A DNA stretch of 64,000 nucleotides from an uncultured Actinomycetota bacterium (GTDB taxonomy: Bacteria; Actinomycetota; Actinomycetes; Prado026). The translations under genes were made by a program, and so were the position numbers. The notes below the pieces were generated by a model that was not told the origin of the DNA, ran no database searches, and worked only from the letters and a program-made list of their open reading frames with translations. The stretch covers positions 822,421-886,420 of the forward strand of contig CAVYVA010000004.1 in the NCBI GenBank assembly GCA_963771835.1. The letters run 5' to 3'. Of the stretch, positions 24,810 to 38,541 are shown piece after piece; within the stretch, counting starts at the first letter, position 1; each line of letters starts with the position of its first letter.

Positions 24810-25354
24810 CCTCCGCGCTCGGCCGAAAGGGCTCGGTTAGACACGAAGAGTGACGGACCGGCAACCGCTATCACCGTGCGTACACACTCTGTGGACAACG
24901 CTGTGGATCTGTGGACGAACCGTGCGAGGTCGAGGGGCGGGCGATCCCCACCGTCTGGGGACGGTCTGGGGACAACCAGGGGACGACAAGCCCTCGACCT
25001 GTGGGTCGGCGTGTGGGCGGTCGGCGACCATCGGGTCGGCGGTCCCGCGGACGGCGGGCTGCTCCACCGGACGGCACCGGATCGTCCACAGCGGCTGGGG
25101 ACGGCGACACGCCTGCCGACCTGCGCGGACGTCCGTCCGTCCACACTGTCCACCGTGCCTACGAAGACCACGAGAAGAACCATCTGGAGACGAACCGAAC
25201 GAAGTCGCACGGGTCACTGTCTGGGGATGGCGCCGGTCCCTTAAGGTGACGCACGGCCTCGGGCCGACGGGCCCGGCTGCATGAGCGGTCGGCGTGCCGT
25301 GGTCGGATGTGCCCAGTCCCGAACAGGGCTGCTGTCCCAGCTGGAGGAGGATCC
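24810..25354. other. oriC (dnaA-dnaN intergenic DnaA-box cluster)
   Basis: The boxes are TGTGGACAA 24890-24898 (perfect), TGTGGATCT 24902-24910 and TGTGGACGA 24910-24918. In the opposite orientation are TCGTCCACA 25082-25090, CCGTCCACA 25137-25145 and CTGTCCACC 25146-25154. A purine-rich, lower-GC stretch at 25161-25210 is a possible unwinding element. Confidence 0.8.
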
Positions 25355-26508
25355 GTGCGGTTCCGGGTCGAGCGTGACGTCCTCGCCGATGCCGTCGCAT
25401 GGACGGCGCGCAGCCTGCCCGCGCGGCCGCCGGTGCCCGTGCTGGCCGGCCTGCTGGTCGAGGCGGCCGCCGACGGGCTGACGCTGTCCGGCTTCGACTA
25501 CGAGGTCTCGACCAGGGTCGCCATCGCCGCCGACGTCCTGGAGCCGGGGCGGGTCCTGGTGTCCGGGCGGCTGCTCGCCGACATCTCGCGCAGCCTGCCG
25601 GCCCGCCCGGTCGAGGTCACGACCGAGGGCGCCGAAGGTGCAGCTGGTGTGCGGCAGCGCGCGCTTCTCGCTGCTCACGCTCCCGGTCGAGGAGTACCCG
25701 ACGCTGCCCGAGATGCCGTCGCTGACCGGCACGCTGCCCGGTGCGCGGCTCGCCGCCGCCGTCGCAGCAGGTGGCGGTCGCCGCCGGCCGCGACGACACG
25801 CTGCCGGTGCTCACCGGGATCCGGATCGAGCTCGACGGCGACAAGGTGACGCTGGCGGCCACCGACCGCTACCGCCTCGCGGTGCGCGAGCTCGTCGTGG
25901 TCGCCGGAGCAGACCGGCCTGGAGTCGGTGGCCCTGGTGCCGGCCCGGACGCTGGCCGACACGGCCAAGTCGCTCGCGTCGCTGCGAGTCGGTGGCGGTC
26001 GCGCTGGCGCGGTCGAGCGTCGGGCGAGGGCCTGGTCGGCTTCGACGGCGGCGGCCGGCGGACCACCACCCGGCTGCTCGAGGGCGAGTTCCCCAAGTAC
26101 CGCTCGCTGCTGCCGACCGAGTCGGCGAGCGTCGCGGACGTCGACACCGGCGCGCTCGTCGAGGCGGTCAAGCGGGTCGCGCTGGTCGCCGAGCGCAACA
26201 CCCCGGTCCGGCTGAGCTTCACCGGCCGGCGAGCTGCAGCTCGACGCCGGGACCGGCGACGAGGCGCAGGCGACCGAGGCGCTCGGCCTGCTCGCTGGAG
26301 GGCGAGCCGCTGACGATCGCGTTCAACCCGCAGTTCCTGCTCGACGGTCTCGGTGCCGTCGACAGCGCGGTCAGCCGGCTGTCGTTCACCACGTCGAGCA
26401 AGCCGGCGGTCCTGACCGGCGGATCAGCAGAGGGCGGCGACGCCGGGTGAGGGCGGGGCCGGCGGCGCGTACCGCTACCTGCTGATGCCGGTCCGGCTGT
26501 CCGGCTGA
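25355..26508 (+). pseudogene. dnaN: DNA polymerase III beta sliding clamp, heavily frameshifted
   Basis: GTG 25355 follows GGAGGAGG (VRFRVERDVLADAVAWTARSLPARPPVPVLAGLLVEA..LTLSGFDYEVS). Other frames give [70 protein letters not shown] and IAFNPQFLLDGL. The end reads [12 protein letters not shown] before the stop. Confidence 0.9.
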
Positions 26509-26535
26509 GCCCGGCCGCGCGGCAGCCGGCCAGAC

Positions 26536-27662
26536 GTGCACGTCGCCCACCTGTCGCTGACCGACTTCCGGTCGTACCCGTCCGTCGAGCTGCCGCTCGG
26601 GCCCGGGCGTCACCACGTTCGTCGGTCCCAACGGTCAGGGCAAGACCAACCTCGTCGAGGCGATCGGCTACGTCGCGACGCTGGCCAGCCACCGGGTCGC
26701 CACCGACGCCGCGCTGGTGCGGGCCGGCGCCGAGCGCGCGATCGTGCGGGTCGAGCGTGGTGCGCGACGACCGGCCCACCCTGGTCGAGCTCGAGATCAA
26801 CCCGGGCCGGGCCAACCGCGCGCGGGTGAACCGCTCGCCGGTCCCGCGCGCCCGCGAGGTGCTCGGGCTGCTGCGCACGGTGCTGTTCGCTCCCGAGGAC
26901 CTGGCCCTGGTCAAGGGCGACCCGTCCGACCGGCGCCGGTTCCTGGACGAGCTGCTGGTCGCGCGATCGCCGCGGATGGCCGGCGTGCGGGCCGACTACG
27001 ACCGGGTGCTCAAGCAGCGCAACGCCTTGCTCAAGAGCGCCGGGCCCGCCGCCCGCAGGACCGGCGCCGACCTGAGCACCCTGGACGTCTGGGACACGCA
27101 CCTGGCCGGCACCGGCGCCGAGCTGCTGGCCGCGCGGCTCGAGCTGGTCGCGCTGCTGCGGCCGCTGGTGGCCCGGTCGTACGCCGAGGTCGCCGGCGCG
27201 GCGCCGGAGGAGGCCACCACGCTGGAGTACGCCGCCAGCCTCGAGGACGTCGACCCGACGGCCGGGCGCGACGAGCTGACCGAAGCGCTGCTGGCGGCCC
27301 TCGGCGAGGCCCGGCCCAGGGAGCTGGAGCGCGGCATCAGCCTGGTCGGCCCGCACCGCGACGAGCTGGCGCTCGGGCTGCGTCGCCTGCCGGCCAAGGG
27401 CTACGCGAGCCACGGCGAGTCGTGGTCGCTGGCGCTGGCGCTGCGGCTGGCGTCGTACGACCTGCTCGCTCCGACGGCGGGGAGCCGGTGCTGATCCTCG
27501 ACGACGTGTTCGCCGAGCTCGACGTCCGCCGCCGCGAGCGGCTGGCCGAGCTGGTCGCACCGGCCGAGCAGGTGCTCGTCACGGCCGCGGTGGCCGCAGG
27601 ATGTCCCCGACGCCCTGTCCGGGGCGCGGGTCGCAGGTGCTGGACGGGGAGGTGCGGGCGAC

Positions 27663-27666
<4 letters not shown>
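26536..27666 (+). pseudogene. recF: DNA replication/repair protein RecF, frameshifted
   Basis: GTG 26536 opens with [21 protein letters not shown]. Walker A ([20 protein letters not shown]) is in the next frame. The long middle fragment is 26757..27494 ([53 protein letters not shown]). The tail reads [20 protein letters not shown]. Confidence 0.9.
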
Positions 27667-30424
<2,758 letters not shown>

Positions 30425-30485
30425 CCGTACCGACTGCCGGTCAGCGCGACGCGCCGGCGAGCCGTACGACGAAAGGACAGCACGC

Positions 30486-33062
30486 GTGAGCGACGACGAC
30501 CACCGCACCGCCCGAGGGCCACGCGACCGGATCGAGCTGGTCGACATCCAGGTCGAGATGCAGCGCTCGTACCTCGACTACGCGATGAGCGTGATCGTCG
30601 GGCGCGCGCTGCCGGACGTGCGCGACGGCCTCAAGCCGGTGCACCGTCGGGTGCTCTACGCGATGTACGACGGCGGCTACCGGCCCGACCGCGGGTACTC
30701 CAAGTGCTCGCGCGTCGTCGGCGACGTGATGGGGCAGTACCACCCGCACGGCGACAGCGCGATCTACGACACCCTCGTGCGGCTCGCGCAGCCGTGGTCG
30801 CTGCGCTACCCGCTGGTCGACGGCAACGGCAACTTCGGCTCGCCGGGCAACGACCCCGCCGCGGCCATGCGGTACACCGAGTGCCGCCTCGCGCCGCTCG
30901 CGATGGAGATGATGCGGGACATCGACGAGGAGACCGTCGACTTCTCGCCGAACTACGACGGCCGCGCGCAGGAGCCGGACATCCTGCCCAGCCGGTTCCC
31001 GAACCTGCTCGTCAACGGCTCCGCCGGCATCGCGGTCGGCATGGCCACGAACATCCCGCCGCACAACCTGCGCGAGGTCGCCGAGCGGCGTGCAGTGGCT
31101 GCTGGAGCACCCGCAGGCCACCAACGAGGAGCTGCTCGACGGCGCTGCTCGAGCGGATCAAGGGCCCGGACTTCCCGACCCGCGGCCTCATCGTCGGCCG
31201 GCGCGGCATCGAGGACGCGTACCGCACCGGGCGCGGGTCGATCACCATGCGCGCGGTCGTCGAGGTCGAGGAGATCAACAACCGCACCTGCCTGGTCGTC
31301 ACCGAGCTGCCGTACCAGGTGAACCCGGACAACCTCGCGCTGAAGATCGCCGACCTGGTCAAGGACGGCCAGCGTCGGCGGCATCGCCGACGTCCGCGAC
31401 GAGGGCAACGAGCGGCTCGGCCAGCGACTGGTCGTCGTGCTCAAGCGCGACGCCGTCGCCAAGGTCGTGCTGAACAACCTCTACAAGCACACCCAGCTGC
31501 AGGACACGTTCGGCGCGAACATGCTCGCGCTCGTCGACGGCGTCCCGCGCACGCTGCGCCTGGACGAGTTCGTCCGGCACTACGTCGCGCACCAGGTCGA
31601 GGTCATCCGCCGCCGCACGCGTCTTCCGGCTGCGCAAGGCCGAGGAGCGCGCCCACATCCTGCGCGGGCTGGTCAAGGCGCTCGACCAGCTCGACGCGGT
31701 CATCGCGCTGATCCGCTCGTCGCGCCTCGGCCGACGCGGCCCGCGGCGGGCTGATGCAGCTGCTCGACATCGACGAGGTGCAGGCCACCGCGATCCTCGA
31801 CATGCAGCTGCGCCGGCTGGCCGCGCTGGAGCGGCAGCGGATCATCGACGACCTGGCCGAGCTCGAGCAGCAGATCGCCGAGCTGCAGGCGATCCTCGCC
31901 AGCGACGAGCGCCAGCGCACGATCGTCTCCGAGGAGCTCGCCGGCGATCGTCGAGAAGTTCGGCGACGAGCGGCGCACGCAGATCATCGCGGCCGAGGGC
32001 GAGATGTCCATGGAGGACCTCATCGCCGAGGAGGACGTCGTCGTCACCATCACCCGCGGCGGCTACGCCAAGCGGACCAAGGCCGACCTCTACCGCTCGC
32101 AGCGCCGCGGCGGCAAGGGCGTGCGCGGCGCGGCGCTGCGCGAGGACGACATCGTCGAGCACTTCTTCGTCACGACGACGCACGACTGGATCCTGTTCTT
32201 CACCAACATGGGCCGCGTCTACCGCGCGAAGGCGTACGAGCTGCCCGAGGCGGCGCGCGACGCCAAGGGCCAGCACGTCGCGAACCTGCTGGCGTTCCAG
32301 CCGGACGAGCGGATCGCGCAGGTCCTCGACCTGCGCGGCTACGACGACGCGCCGTACCTCGTGCTCGCCACGCGGCACGGCCTGGTGAAGAAGACGCGCC
32401 TGTCCGAGTACGACAGCAACCGCAGCGGCGGCGTCATCGCCATCAACCTGCGCGAGGGCGACGAGCTCATCGCGGCGCGGCTGGTCGGTGAGTCCGACGA
32501 CCTGCTCATGGTCAGCCGCAAGGGTCAGTCGGTGCGCTTCACCGCCGACGACGACGCGCTGCGCCCGATGGGCCGGGCGACGTCCGGGGTCATCGGCATG
32601 CGGTTCCGCGACGGCGACGAGCTGCTCGCGATGGACGTCGTGCGCGACGGCAGCGCGGGCCTGCTCACCGTGACCGACGGCGGCTTCGCCAAGCGCACGC
32701 GGCTGGACGGGTGGACGCCCAAGGGGCGCGGCGGCCTGGGCGTCATCGCGATGCGCATCGTCGAGGACCGCGGCTCGCTGGTGGGGGCCGTGGTCGTCGA
32801 CGAGGGCGACGAGGTCATGGCTGTGACGGCGGCCGGCGGCGTCATCCGGACCCCGATCACCGAGGACGCGCTCCGGTTCACGAGCCGAGACACGATGGGT
32901 GTGCGCTTGATGAACCTCGGCGAGGGTGACACCGTCGTAGCGGTGGCGACCAACGCCGAGCGTGGGGACGGCGACGACGAGGGAGTTGCGGACGTGCCTG
33001 AAGGAACGCCGGACGCAGCGGACGACGTCGCACCCGACGGCGAGCCCGGACCGGCGTCGTGA
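30486..33062 (+). pseudogene. gyrA: DNA gyrase subunit A, heavily frameshifted
   Basis: GTG 30486 opens with [79 protein letters not shown]. Later fragments are [32 protein letters not shown] and the beta-pinwheel repeats in ORF 32004..33062. Confidence 0.95.
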
Positions 33063-33586
33063 CGGCCGGACAGACCGTCTCCGGGTCCGGCACCGGGCCG
33101 CTCGCCCGGACGGTGTCGCCGCCGGAGGCACCGCCCGCGGAAGTCCTCGGCACCAGCGGGGACGCCGGTGCGGACGGTGCCGGCACGGTCGTGACGCCGG
33201 TCCCCGTCGGGCGTCAGGTCGTCACGGTCCGGCGAGCCCGGGTCGCGGTCACCCGCATCGACCCGTGGTCGGTGATGAAGCTGTCGTTCGTGCTGTCGCT
33301 GGCGCTCGTCGTCATCTTCATGGTGGCCGCCGCGCTGCTGTGGTGGGTGCTGAACGGCTCCGGGGTCTTCGACCAGCTGAACACGACGCTGCAGTCGGTG
33401 ACCGGGACGACCAACCTGCGGCTGCAGGACATCGCGTCCCTGAGCCGGGTGATGGGCGTCGGCGGCCTGATCGGGCTCATCGACGTCGTGCTGCTCACGG
33501 CGCTGGCGACCCTGGCGGCGTTCCTCTTCAACCTCACCACCGGTCTCGTCGGCGGTGTGGACGTCGTCCTCACCGAGTCGGACTGA
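33059..33586 (+). CDS. DUF3566-type membrane protein that follows gyrA (Rv0007-like)
   Basis: Intact 175-aa ORF. GTG 33059 overlaps the gyrA stop. The translation reads [37 protein letters not shown]. Confidence 0.8.
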   Translation: MTAGQTVSGSGTGPLARTVSPPEAPPAEVLGTSGDAGADGAGTVVTPVPVGRQVVTVRRARVAVTRIDPWSVMKLSFVLSLALVVIFMVAAALLWWVLNGSGVFDQLNTTLQSVTGTTNLRLQDIASLSRVMGVGGLIGLIDVVLLTALATLAAFLFNLTTGLVGGVDVVLTESD

Positions 33587-33662
33587 CGCCCGGCGGCAAC
33601 CGTTTGGGCGGCACCCCGGCGCTCCGGTAGCCTGACCCGGCGCCCGGTGACCGCGGCGCCCC

Positions 33663-33739
33663 GGGCCTGTAGCTCAGACGGTTAGAGCGCTTCCCTGATA
33701 AGGAAGAGGTCAGAGGTTCAAGTCCTCTCAGGCCCACCA
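33663..33739 (+). tRNA. tRNA-Ile (anticodon GAT), CCA encoded
   Basis: GGGCCTGTAGCTCAGACGGTTAGAGCGCTTCCCTGATAAGGAAGAGGTCAGAGGTTCAAGTCCTCTCAGGCCCACCA. The cloverleaf is readable, with anticodon loop CT-GAT-AA and T-loop GGTTCAAGTCC. Confidence 0.9.
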
Positions 33740-33854
33740 CGCTGCCTCTGCGGCCCATCGGGAGCACCGACCCGAACCCGGGCTATGCTCGCCGGGACGG
33801 GCCGCCCACGCCTTCGGGGCCGGTGGATGCGCCCGCGCTCTGAGGAGGTTCGAC

Positions 33855-33983
33855 GTGAAGAAGCTGGTGGTCCTCGCGATCGCGGCTGCGGCCGGGTTCC
33901 TGGTCTGGAAGAAGTTCCAGGACGACCAGGCCGAGCAGGACCTGTGGACCGAGGCCACCAACGAGTTCGCCGACCTGCGCTGA
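33855..33983 (+). CDS. DLW-39-type small membrane protein (42 aa; below the ORF-track cutoff)
   Basis: GTG 33855 lies 6 nt after GAGGAGG. The translation is VKKLVVLAIAAAAGFLVWKKFQDDQAEQDLWTEATNEFADLR, one TM plus a DLW motif. Its position after tRNA-Ile is conserved. Confidence 0.7.
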   Translation: MKKLVVLAIAAAAGFLVWKKFQDDQAEQDLWTEATNEFADLR

Positions 33984-34001
33984 CCCGGCCGGCCACCTGC
34001 T

Positions 34002-34742
34002 GTGTGCCACGGCGACGACAGCCGCCCGCCGGGTCCGGCCGACCCGGGCCAGGTCGCCGCGCACGGCGAGCTCGAGCTGGTCGCCGCTGACGGCAACCGG
34101 CTCCTGGCCTACGACGCGCATCCGGCTGAGCCGTCTTCCCGGGGAATGGTGATCCTCCCGGACGTCCGTGGCCTGCACGCCTTCTACCGGGACCTGACTG
34201 TGCGGTTCGCGGAGACCGGGTTGCACGCGGTGGCGGTCGACTACTTCGGCCGCACGACCGACGACCGCGACCGCAGCGAGTCGTTCGGCTACCGCGAGCA
34301 CGTCGACCAGACGACGCCGGACGGGGTCGCCGCCGATGTCGCCGCCGGCGTCGCCCACCTGCGCAGCGTCGCGGGTGGTTCGGTGGGGTCGGTCTTCACA
34401 GTGGGTTTCTGCTTCGGCGGCAGCTACTCCTTGCGGCAGGCCGCCGAGCAGACCGGGCTCGCCGGCGCGATCGGCTTCTACGGTGCCGCCGGGCGCGCCC
34501 TGGAGATCTCCGACCAGCTGTCCGCGCCGTTGCTCATGCTGCTCGGGGGTGCGGACCAGAACGTCTCCGTCGACGACGCGCAGGCACTCGCGGCTGTCGC
34601 GGACCGGCACGGCCTGGACGCGGAGGTCGTCGTGTACGACGGTGCGCCGCACTCGTTCTTCGACCGGACGTTCGCCGACCATGCCGACGCCTGCGCGGAC
34701 GCCTGGGTCCGGATCGGCGCGTTCGTCGCCGCGCACAGCTGA
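34002..34742 (+). CDS. Dienelactone hydrolase family protein
   Basis: Intact 246-aa ORF. It has an alpha/beta-hydrolase layout with the nucleophile motif GFCFGG and C-terminal LLGGADQ..YDGAPHSF. Confidence 0.75.
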   Translation: MCHGDDSRPPGPADPGQVAAHGELELVAADGNRLLAYDAHPAEPSSRGMVILPDVRGLHAFYRDLTVRFAETGLHAVAVDYFGRTTDDRDRSESFGYREHVDQTTPDGVAADVAAGVAHLRSVAGGSVGSVFTVGFCFGGSYSLRQAAEQTGLAGAIGFYGAAGRALEISDQLSAPLLMLLGGADQNVSVDDAQALAAVADRHGLDAEVVVYDGAPHSFFDRTFADHADACADAWVRIGAFVAAHS

Positions 34743-34755
34743 CCCGCACGACGGG

Positions 34756-36219
34756 TCACAGGAGCTCGGCCGCCTCCATCTCGGTCACCGCGGTGTTCGG
34801 CAGCAGCAGGCACAGCACGCCGGACAGCGCACAGGCTCCGATCACCCAGGGGATCGCCGCCTGGAACGCCGCGTCGAAGCCCTCGGCCGGCAGTCGGCTG
34901 AAGAACACGCTGCCCACCACGGCGACGCCGATGGCACCGCCGAGCTGCTGGGCGGTGCTGAAGATGCCCGACGCGCCACCCGCCGACCCGCCGGGGACCG
35001 CTGCCAGGACGACGTTGACCAGCGGTACCACGAGCAGGCCGAGCCCGGCCCCGCCGAGCAGCATGCCGGGCGCCAGGCCCCAGGTGCTGACCCAGCCACC
35101 GCCGGCCCGCGCGGCCAGCGCGATCGCGACCATCCCGAGAGCCATGACCAGAGCACCGCAGATGAGGACGTTGCGACCGAGCCGTACCGCGAGGCCGCCG
35201 GCCACGGGCGCCGTGATCACCGCACCGACGCTGAACGCGATCATGGTGACCCCCGCATGCAGCGGCGCGAACTCGTGACCTTCCTGCAGCCACAGCGCCA
35301 GTACCAGCGAGAAGCCCTGCAGGCCCACGCCGAACAGCGCCTGGACCGCGATCCCGGCACCGAACGCGGGGACCCGGAACAGGTCGGGCTCCAGCACTGC
35401 AGCGACCCCGGCGCGCCGGCGCCGGTCCTCGACCACCCACAGGGTCACGAGCAGGGCCAGGCCGGTGAGCAGCAGGGCGAAGCACCACGAAGGCCACCCC
35501 AGCCGCTGGCCCTCGAGCAGCGGGTACACGACCGCGACCAGCCCGGCGGCCATCACGGCCGCCCCCAGCAGGTCGAGCCGGTCCCCGGTGCCGGCGCGCG
35601 ACTCGGGCACGAACAGCACGGCGAGCACGACGACGGCGAGCGCGATCGGCACGTTGACCAGGAAGACCACCCGCCAGCCCAGCCCGAACAGGTCGGCCTG
35701 GGTCAGCGCCCCGCCCAGGATCACCCCGAGCGCAGCCGCCAGCCCGGCCACCGCCCCGTACACGGCGTAGGCGTTGGTGCGCTGGCGGCCGGTGAACATG
35801 GTCCGGTAGCTCGCCAGCACCTGCGGCATCAGGACAGCCGCCGCCGCGCCCTGGGCGATGCGCGCGAGGACCAGCTGACCGGAGGTCTGGGCGATCCCGC
35901 AGACGAGGCTGGCGGACCCGAAGCCGACGACGCCGATCAGGAACACCCGGCGCCGTCCGACCAGGTCGCCCAGGCGTCCGGCCGCGATCAGGGTGGCGGC
36001 GAAGGCCAGCATGTAGCCGGACACCACCCACTCGACGGACGTGGGTCCGGCGTCGAGGCCGCGCTGGATCGAGGGGAGCGCGACGTTGACGATCGTCGCG
36101 TCCAGCAGGTCCATCAGGGCAGCCACCATCAGCACCGCGGCGGCGATCTTGGTCCGGGTGCTCAGCGGCGGCTGCTCGATCGGTTCGGCGGCCTCGCGCT
36201 GGGCGTTCAGCTCGGTCAT
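34756..36219 (-). CDS. MFS drug:H+ antiporter, 14-TM DHA2 (EmrB/QacA) type
   Basis: Intact 487-aa ORF. The translation includes DATIVNVALPSIQRGL, GRLGDLVGRRRVFLIGV and about 14 hydrophobic segments. It is divergent from a MarR gene. Confidence 0.85.
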   Translation of the reverse strand: MTELNAQREAAEPIEQPPLSTRTKIAAAVLMVAALMDLLDATIVNVALPSIQRGLDAGPTSVEWVVSGYMLAFAATLIAAGRLGDLVGRRRVFLIGVVGFGSASLVCGIAQTSGQLVLARIAQGAAAAVLMPQVLASYRTMFTGRQRTNAYAVYGAVAGLAAALGVILGGALTQADLFGLGWRVVFLVNVPIALAVVVLAVLFVPESRAGTGDRLDLLGAAVMAAGLVAVVYPLLEGQRLGWPSWCFALLLTGLALLVTLWVVEDRRRRAGVAAVLEPDLFRVPAFGAGIAVQALFGVGLQGFSLVLALWLQEGHEFAPLHAGVTMIAFSVGAVITAPVAGGLAVRLGRNVLICGALVMALGMVAIALAARAGGGWVSTWGLAPGMLLGGAGLGLLVVPLVNVVLAAVPGGSAGGASGIFSTAQQLGGAIGVAVVGSVFFSRLPAEGFDAAFQAAIPWVIGACALSGVLCLLLPNTAVTEMEAAELL

Positions 36220-36286
36220 CGTTGCTCCCGGCCGGCCGTAGACTCAGGTCGGCAGTTAGGGAGAGCGAGTATCTCGGCTCTCCAAA

Positions 36287-36306
36287 TATCTCGGATAACC
36301 GAGATA
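36287..36306. promoter_or_regulatory. Palindromic operator candidate in the MFS/MarR divergent promoter region
   Basis: TATCTCGG-ATAA-CCGAGATA is a perfect 8-bp inverted repeat. An extra half-site GTATCTCGG lies at 36269-36277, in the AT-richer 105-bp spacer. Confidence 0.6.
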
Positions 36307-36324
36307 CTTGCAAAGGAGCGGGCC

Positions 36325-36849
36325 GTGGTCAAGCGGGTTGCGCCGGCCTCCTCCGGCCACGCGACCGAGGACGCCCGTGCGCAGGTGGCCGAGGGGGTCC
36401 GGCGGGTGATCGCGCTGTCCACCCTGTACAACGACCAGGTGTCGGCCCGGGTCGGGATGAGCGCCAGCGAGAGCCAGTCGATCCACCTGCTCCAGCTGCA
36501 CGGACCGATGACGGCAGGACGGCTGGCCGAGGTGACCGGCCTGAGCACCGGGACGATCACCGGCGTCCTGGACCGGCTCGAACGGCTGGGCTTCGTCAAG
36601 CGCGAGCGCTCGACCCAGGACCGGCGAAAGGTGGTCGTGACGCTCGACGAGGGGCGGATCTGGGCGGTGATGGCGCCCTACTACGCCCACCACGGCGCCA
36701 ACCTCGACCAGGCCCTCGCCGGGTACGGCCCGGCCGAGCTGGAGCTCCTGCGCGACTTCCTGGACCGGCTCGCGCCGCCGGGCGCGCCGCCGGCGCCGGT
36801 ACCCTGGGAGGACCCGGACGCCGAGTTCGGGACGGTTCCGGGGACGTAG
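36325..36849 (+). CDS. MarR-family transcriptional regulator
   Basis: GTG 36325 follows AAGGAG and is in frame with the tail of ORF 34336..36849. The winged-helix part reads SQSIHLLQLHGPMTAGRLAEVTGLSTGTITGVLDRLERLGFVKRERSTQDRRKVVVTL. The last 10 nt overlap tRNA-Ala. Confidence 0.85.
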   Translation: MVKRVAPASSGHATEDARAQVAEGVRRVIALSTLYNDQVSARVGMSASESQSIHLLQLHGPMTAGRLAEVTGLSTGTITGVLDRLERLGFVKRERSTQDRRKVVVTLDEGRIWAVMAPYYAHHGANLDQALAGYGPAELELLRDFLDRLAPPGAPPAPVPWEDPDAEFGTVPGT

Positions 36850-36912
36850 CTCAATTGGCAGAGCACCGCCTTTGCAAGGCGGGGGTTAGGGGTTCGATTC
36901 CCCTCGTCTCCA
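36840..36912 (+). tRNA. tRNA-Ala (anticodon TGC), CCA not encoded
   Basis: GGGGACGTAGCTCAATTGGCAGAGCACCGCCTTTGCAAGGCGG...TTCGATTCCCCTCGTCTCCA. The acceptor stem carries the G3:U70 alanine identity pair. The anticodon loop is TT-TGC-AA. Confidence 0.9.
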
Positions 36913-37011
36913 CTACCCGGCCGGTCCGCTCCCGCGTCGTGGCCGGGGCGTCCTCCGTGGTTGGATCGACGCGACGGCGGAGCGAGTGCCCGCCGACGAG
37001 GAGGGAACGCC

Positions 37012-37545
37012 GTGGCCGAGCAGCTCTTCGCCACCCTGCGCACCAACAGGGGTGACATCCGGATCCAGCTCCTGCCCGACCATGCGCCCAAGACCGTGCG
37101 CAACTTCGTCGAGCTCGCCGAGGGCGGCAAGGAGTGGAAGCACCCGGGCACCGGGCAGACCACCAAGGACCCGCTGTACGACGGCACGACGTTCCACCGG
37201 GTGATCTCCGGCTTCATGATCCAGGGCGGCGACCCGCTCGGCTCGGGCATCGGCGGGCCCTGGCTACACGTTCGCCGACGAGTTCCACCCCGAGCTGCAG
37301 TTCGACCGCCCGTACCTCCTGGCGATGGCCAACGCCGGGCCCGGCACCAACGGGTCGCAGTTCTTCATCACCGTCGGCGCGACGCCCTGGCTGACCCGCA
37401 AGCACACGATCTTCGGCGAGGTCGCCGACGCGCGACAGCCGAGCGGTGGTCGACGCGATCGCGTCCACGCGCGACCGGGCCACGGGACGTGCCGGTGGAG
37501 CCGGTCGTCGTCGAGTCGGTCACCATCGAGCGGGTCAAGAGCTGA
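37012..37545 (+). pseudogene. ppiA: Peptidyl-prolyl cis-trans isomerase (cyclophilin), frameshifted
   Basis: The fragments are [56 protein letters not shown], then [36 protein letters not shown], then [13 protein letters not shown]. Confidence 0.9.
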
Positions 37546-37589
37546 CGACGCAGCGGCGCGACCGGACCACCACCTAGCCACCGCAGCTC

Positions 37590-38475
37590 GTGACCGATCC
37601 CCGACCGGCTTCCGGGCCGTACGAAGGTCCGCCCCCGGTCTGCTACCGGCACCCGGACCGCGAGACGTACATCCGCTGCGCCCGCTGCGACAAGCCGATC
37701 TGCCCGGACTGCATGGTGAGCGCGGCCGTGGGGTTCCAGTGCCCGGACTGCGTCGCCGAGGGCCGCCGCACGCAGCGCCAGGTGAAGACCGTGTTCGGCG
37801 GCGACGTGCACGCGCGGCCGGACATCGTCACCACGGTGCTGGTGGCCAGCTGCGTGGTCGACGTTCGCGCTGCAGGTGGCTGATCCCGTCGTTCACCAGC
37901 ATGTTCTGGATGCGCGGGATCAACGTCGCCGCCGGCCAGTGCGTACCGGCTGATCACGTCCGGGTTCCTGCACGTCGAGCGTCGTGCACATCGCCGTTCA
38001 ACATGTGGGCGCTGTGGGTCGTCGGCCCGCCCGCTGGAGGCCATGCTCGGCCGGATCCGGTTCACCGCGCTGTACTTCGTGTCGCTGCTGGCCGGGAGCA
38101 CGGCGTCGTACCTGTTCGGGGACCCGCTCGACGCCGAGCCTGGGCGCTTCGGGCGCGATCTTCGGTCTGTTCGGCGGGATGCTCGTCGTCGCCCGGCGGA
38201 TGAACTGGAACATGGGCGGACTGGTCGCCATCGTCGTGATCAACCTCGCGCTGCCGTTCGTCATGCCGAACATCGACTGGCACGCCCACGTCGGCGGTCT
38301 GGTCGCCGGCGCGGTCACCACTGCCGTGATGGCCTACGCCCCCGCAGCGCCGCGGGTCTGGGCGTCCGCGGCCGTGTGCGTGGTGCTGGTCGCGGTCTGC
38401 GCCGTCCTGGTGGAGGTGCGGACGCCAGCAGCTCACGGACACCCGGAGCTCGGCGGTGACGTCCAGCGAGCGTGA
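37590..38475 (+). pseudogene. Rhomboid-family intramembrane serine protease with N-terminal zinc ribbon, frameshifted
   Basis: The N-terminal part reads [31 protein letters not shown]. Later fragments contain [14 protein letters not shown] and the catalytic [11 protein letters not shown], with HVGGLVAG at the end. Confidence 0.8.
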
Positions 38476-38541
38476 TCCCCGGACAGGACTTCCGACCGTC
38501 GTTCCAGTAGTGCCTACCATCGAGGTCCAGGAGGTCGGTCC

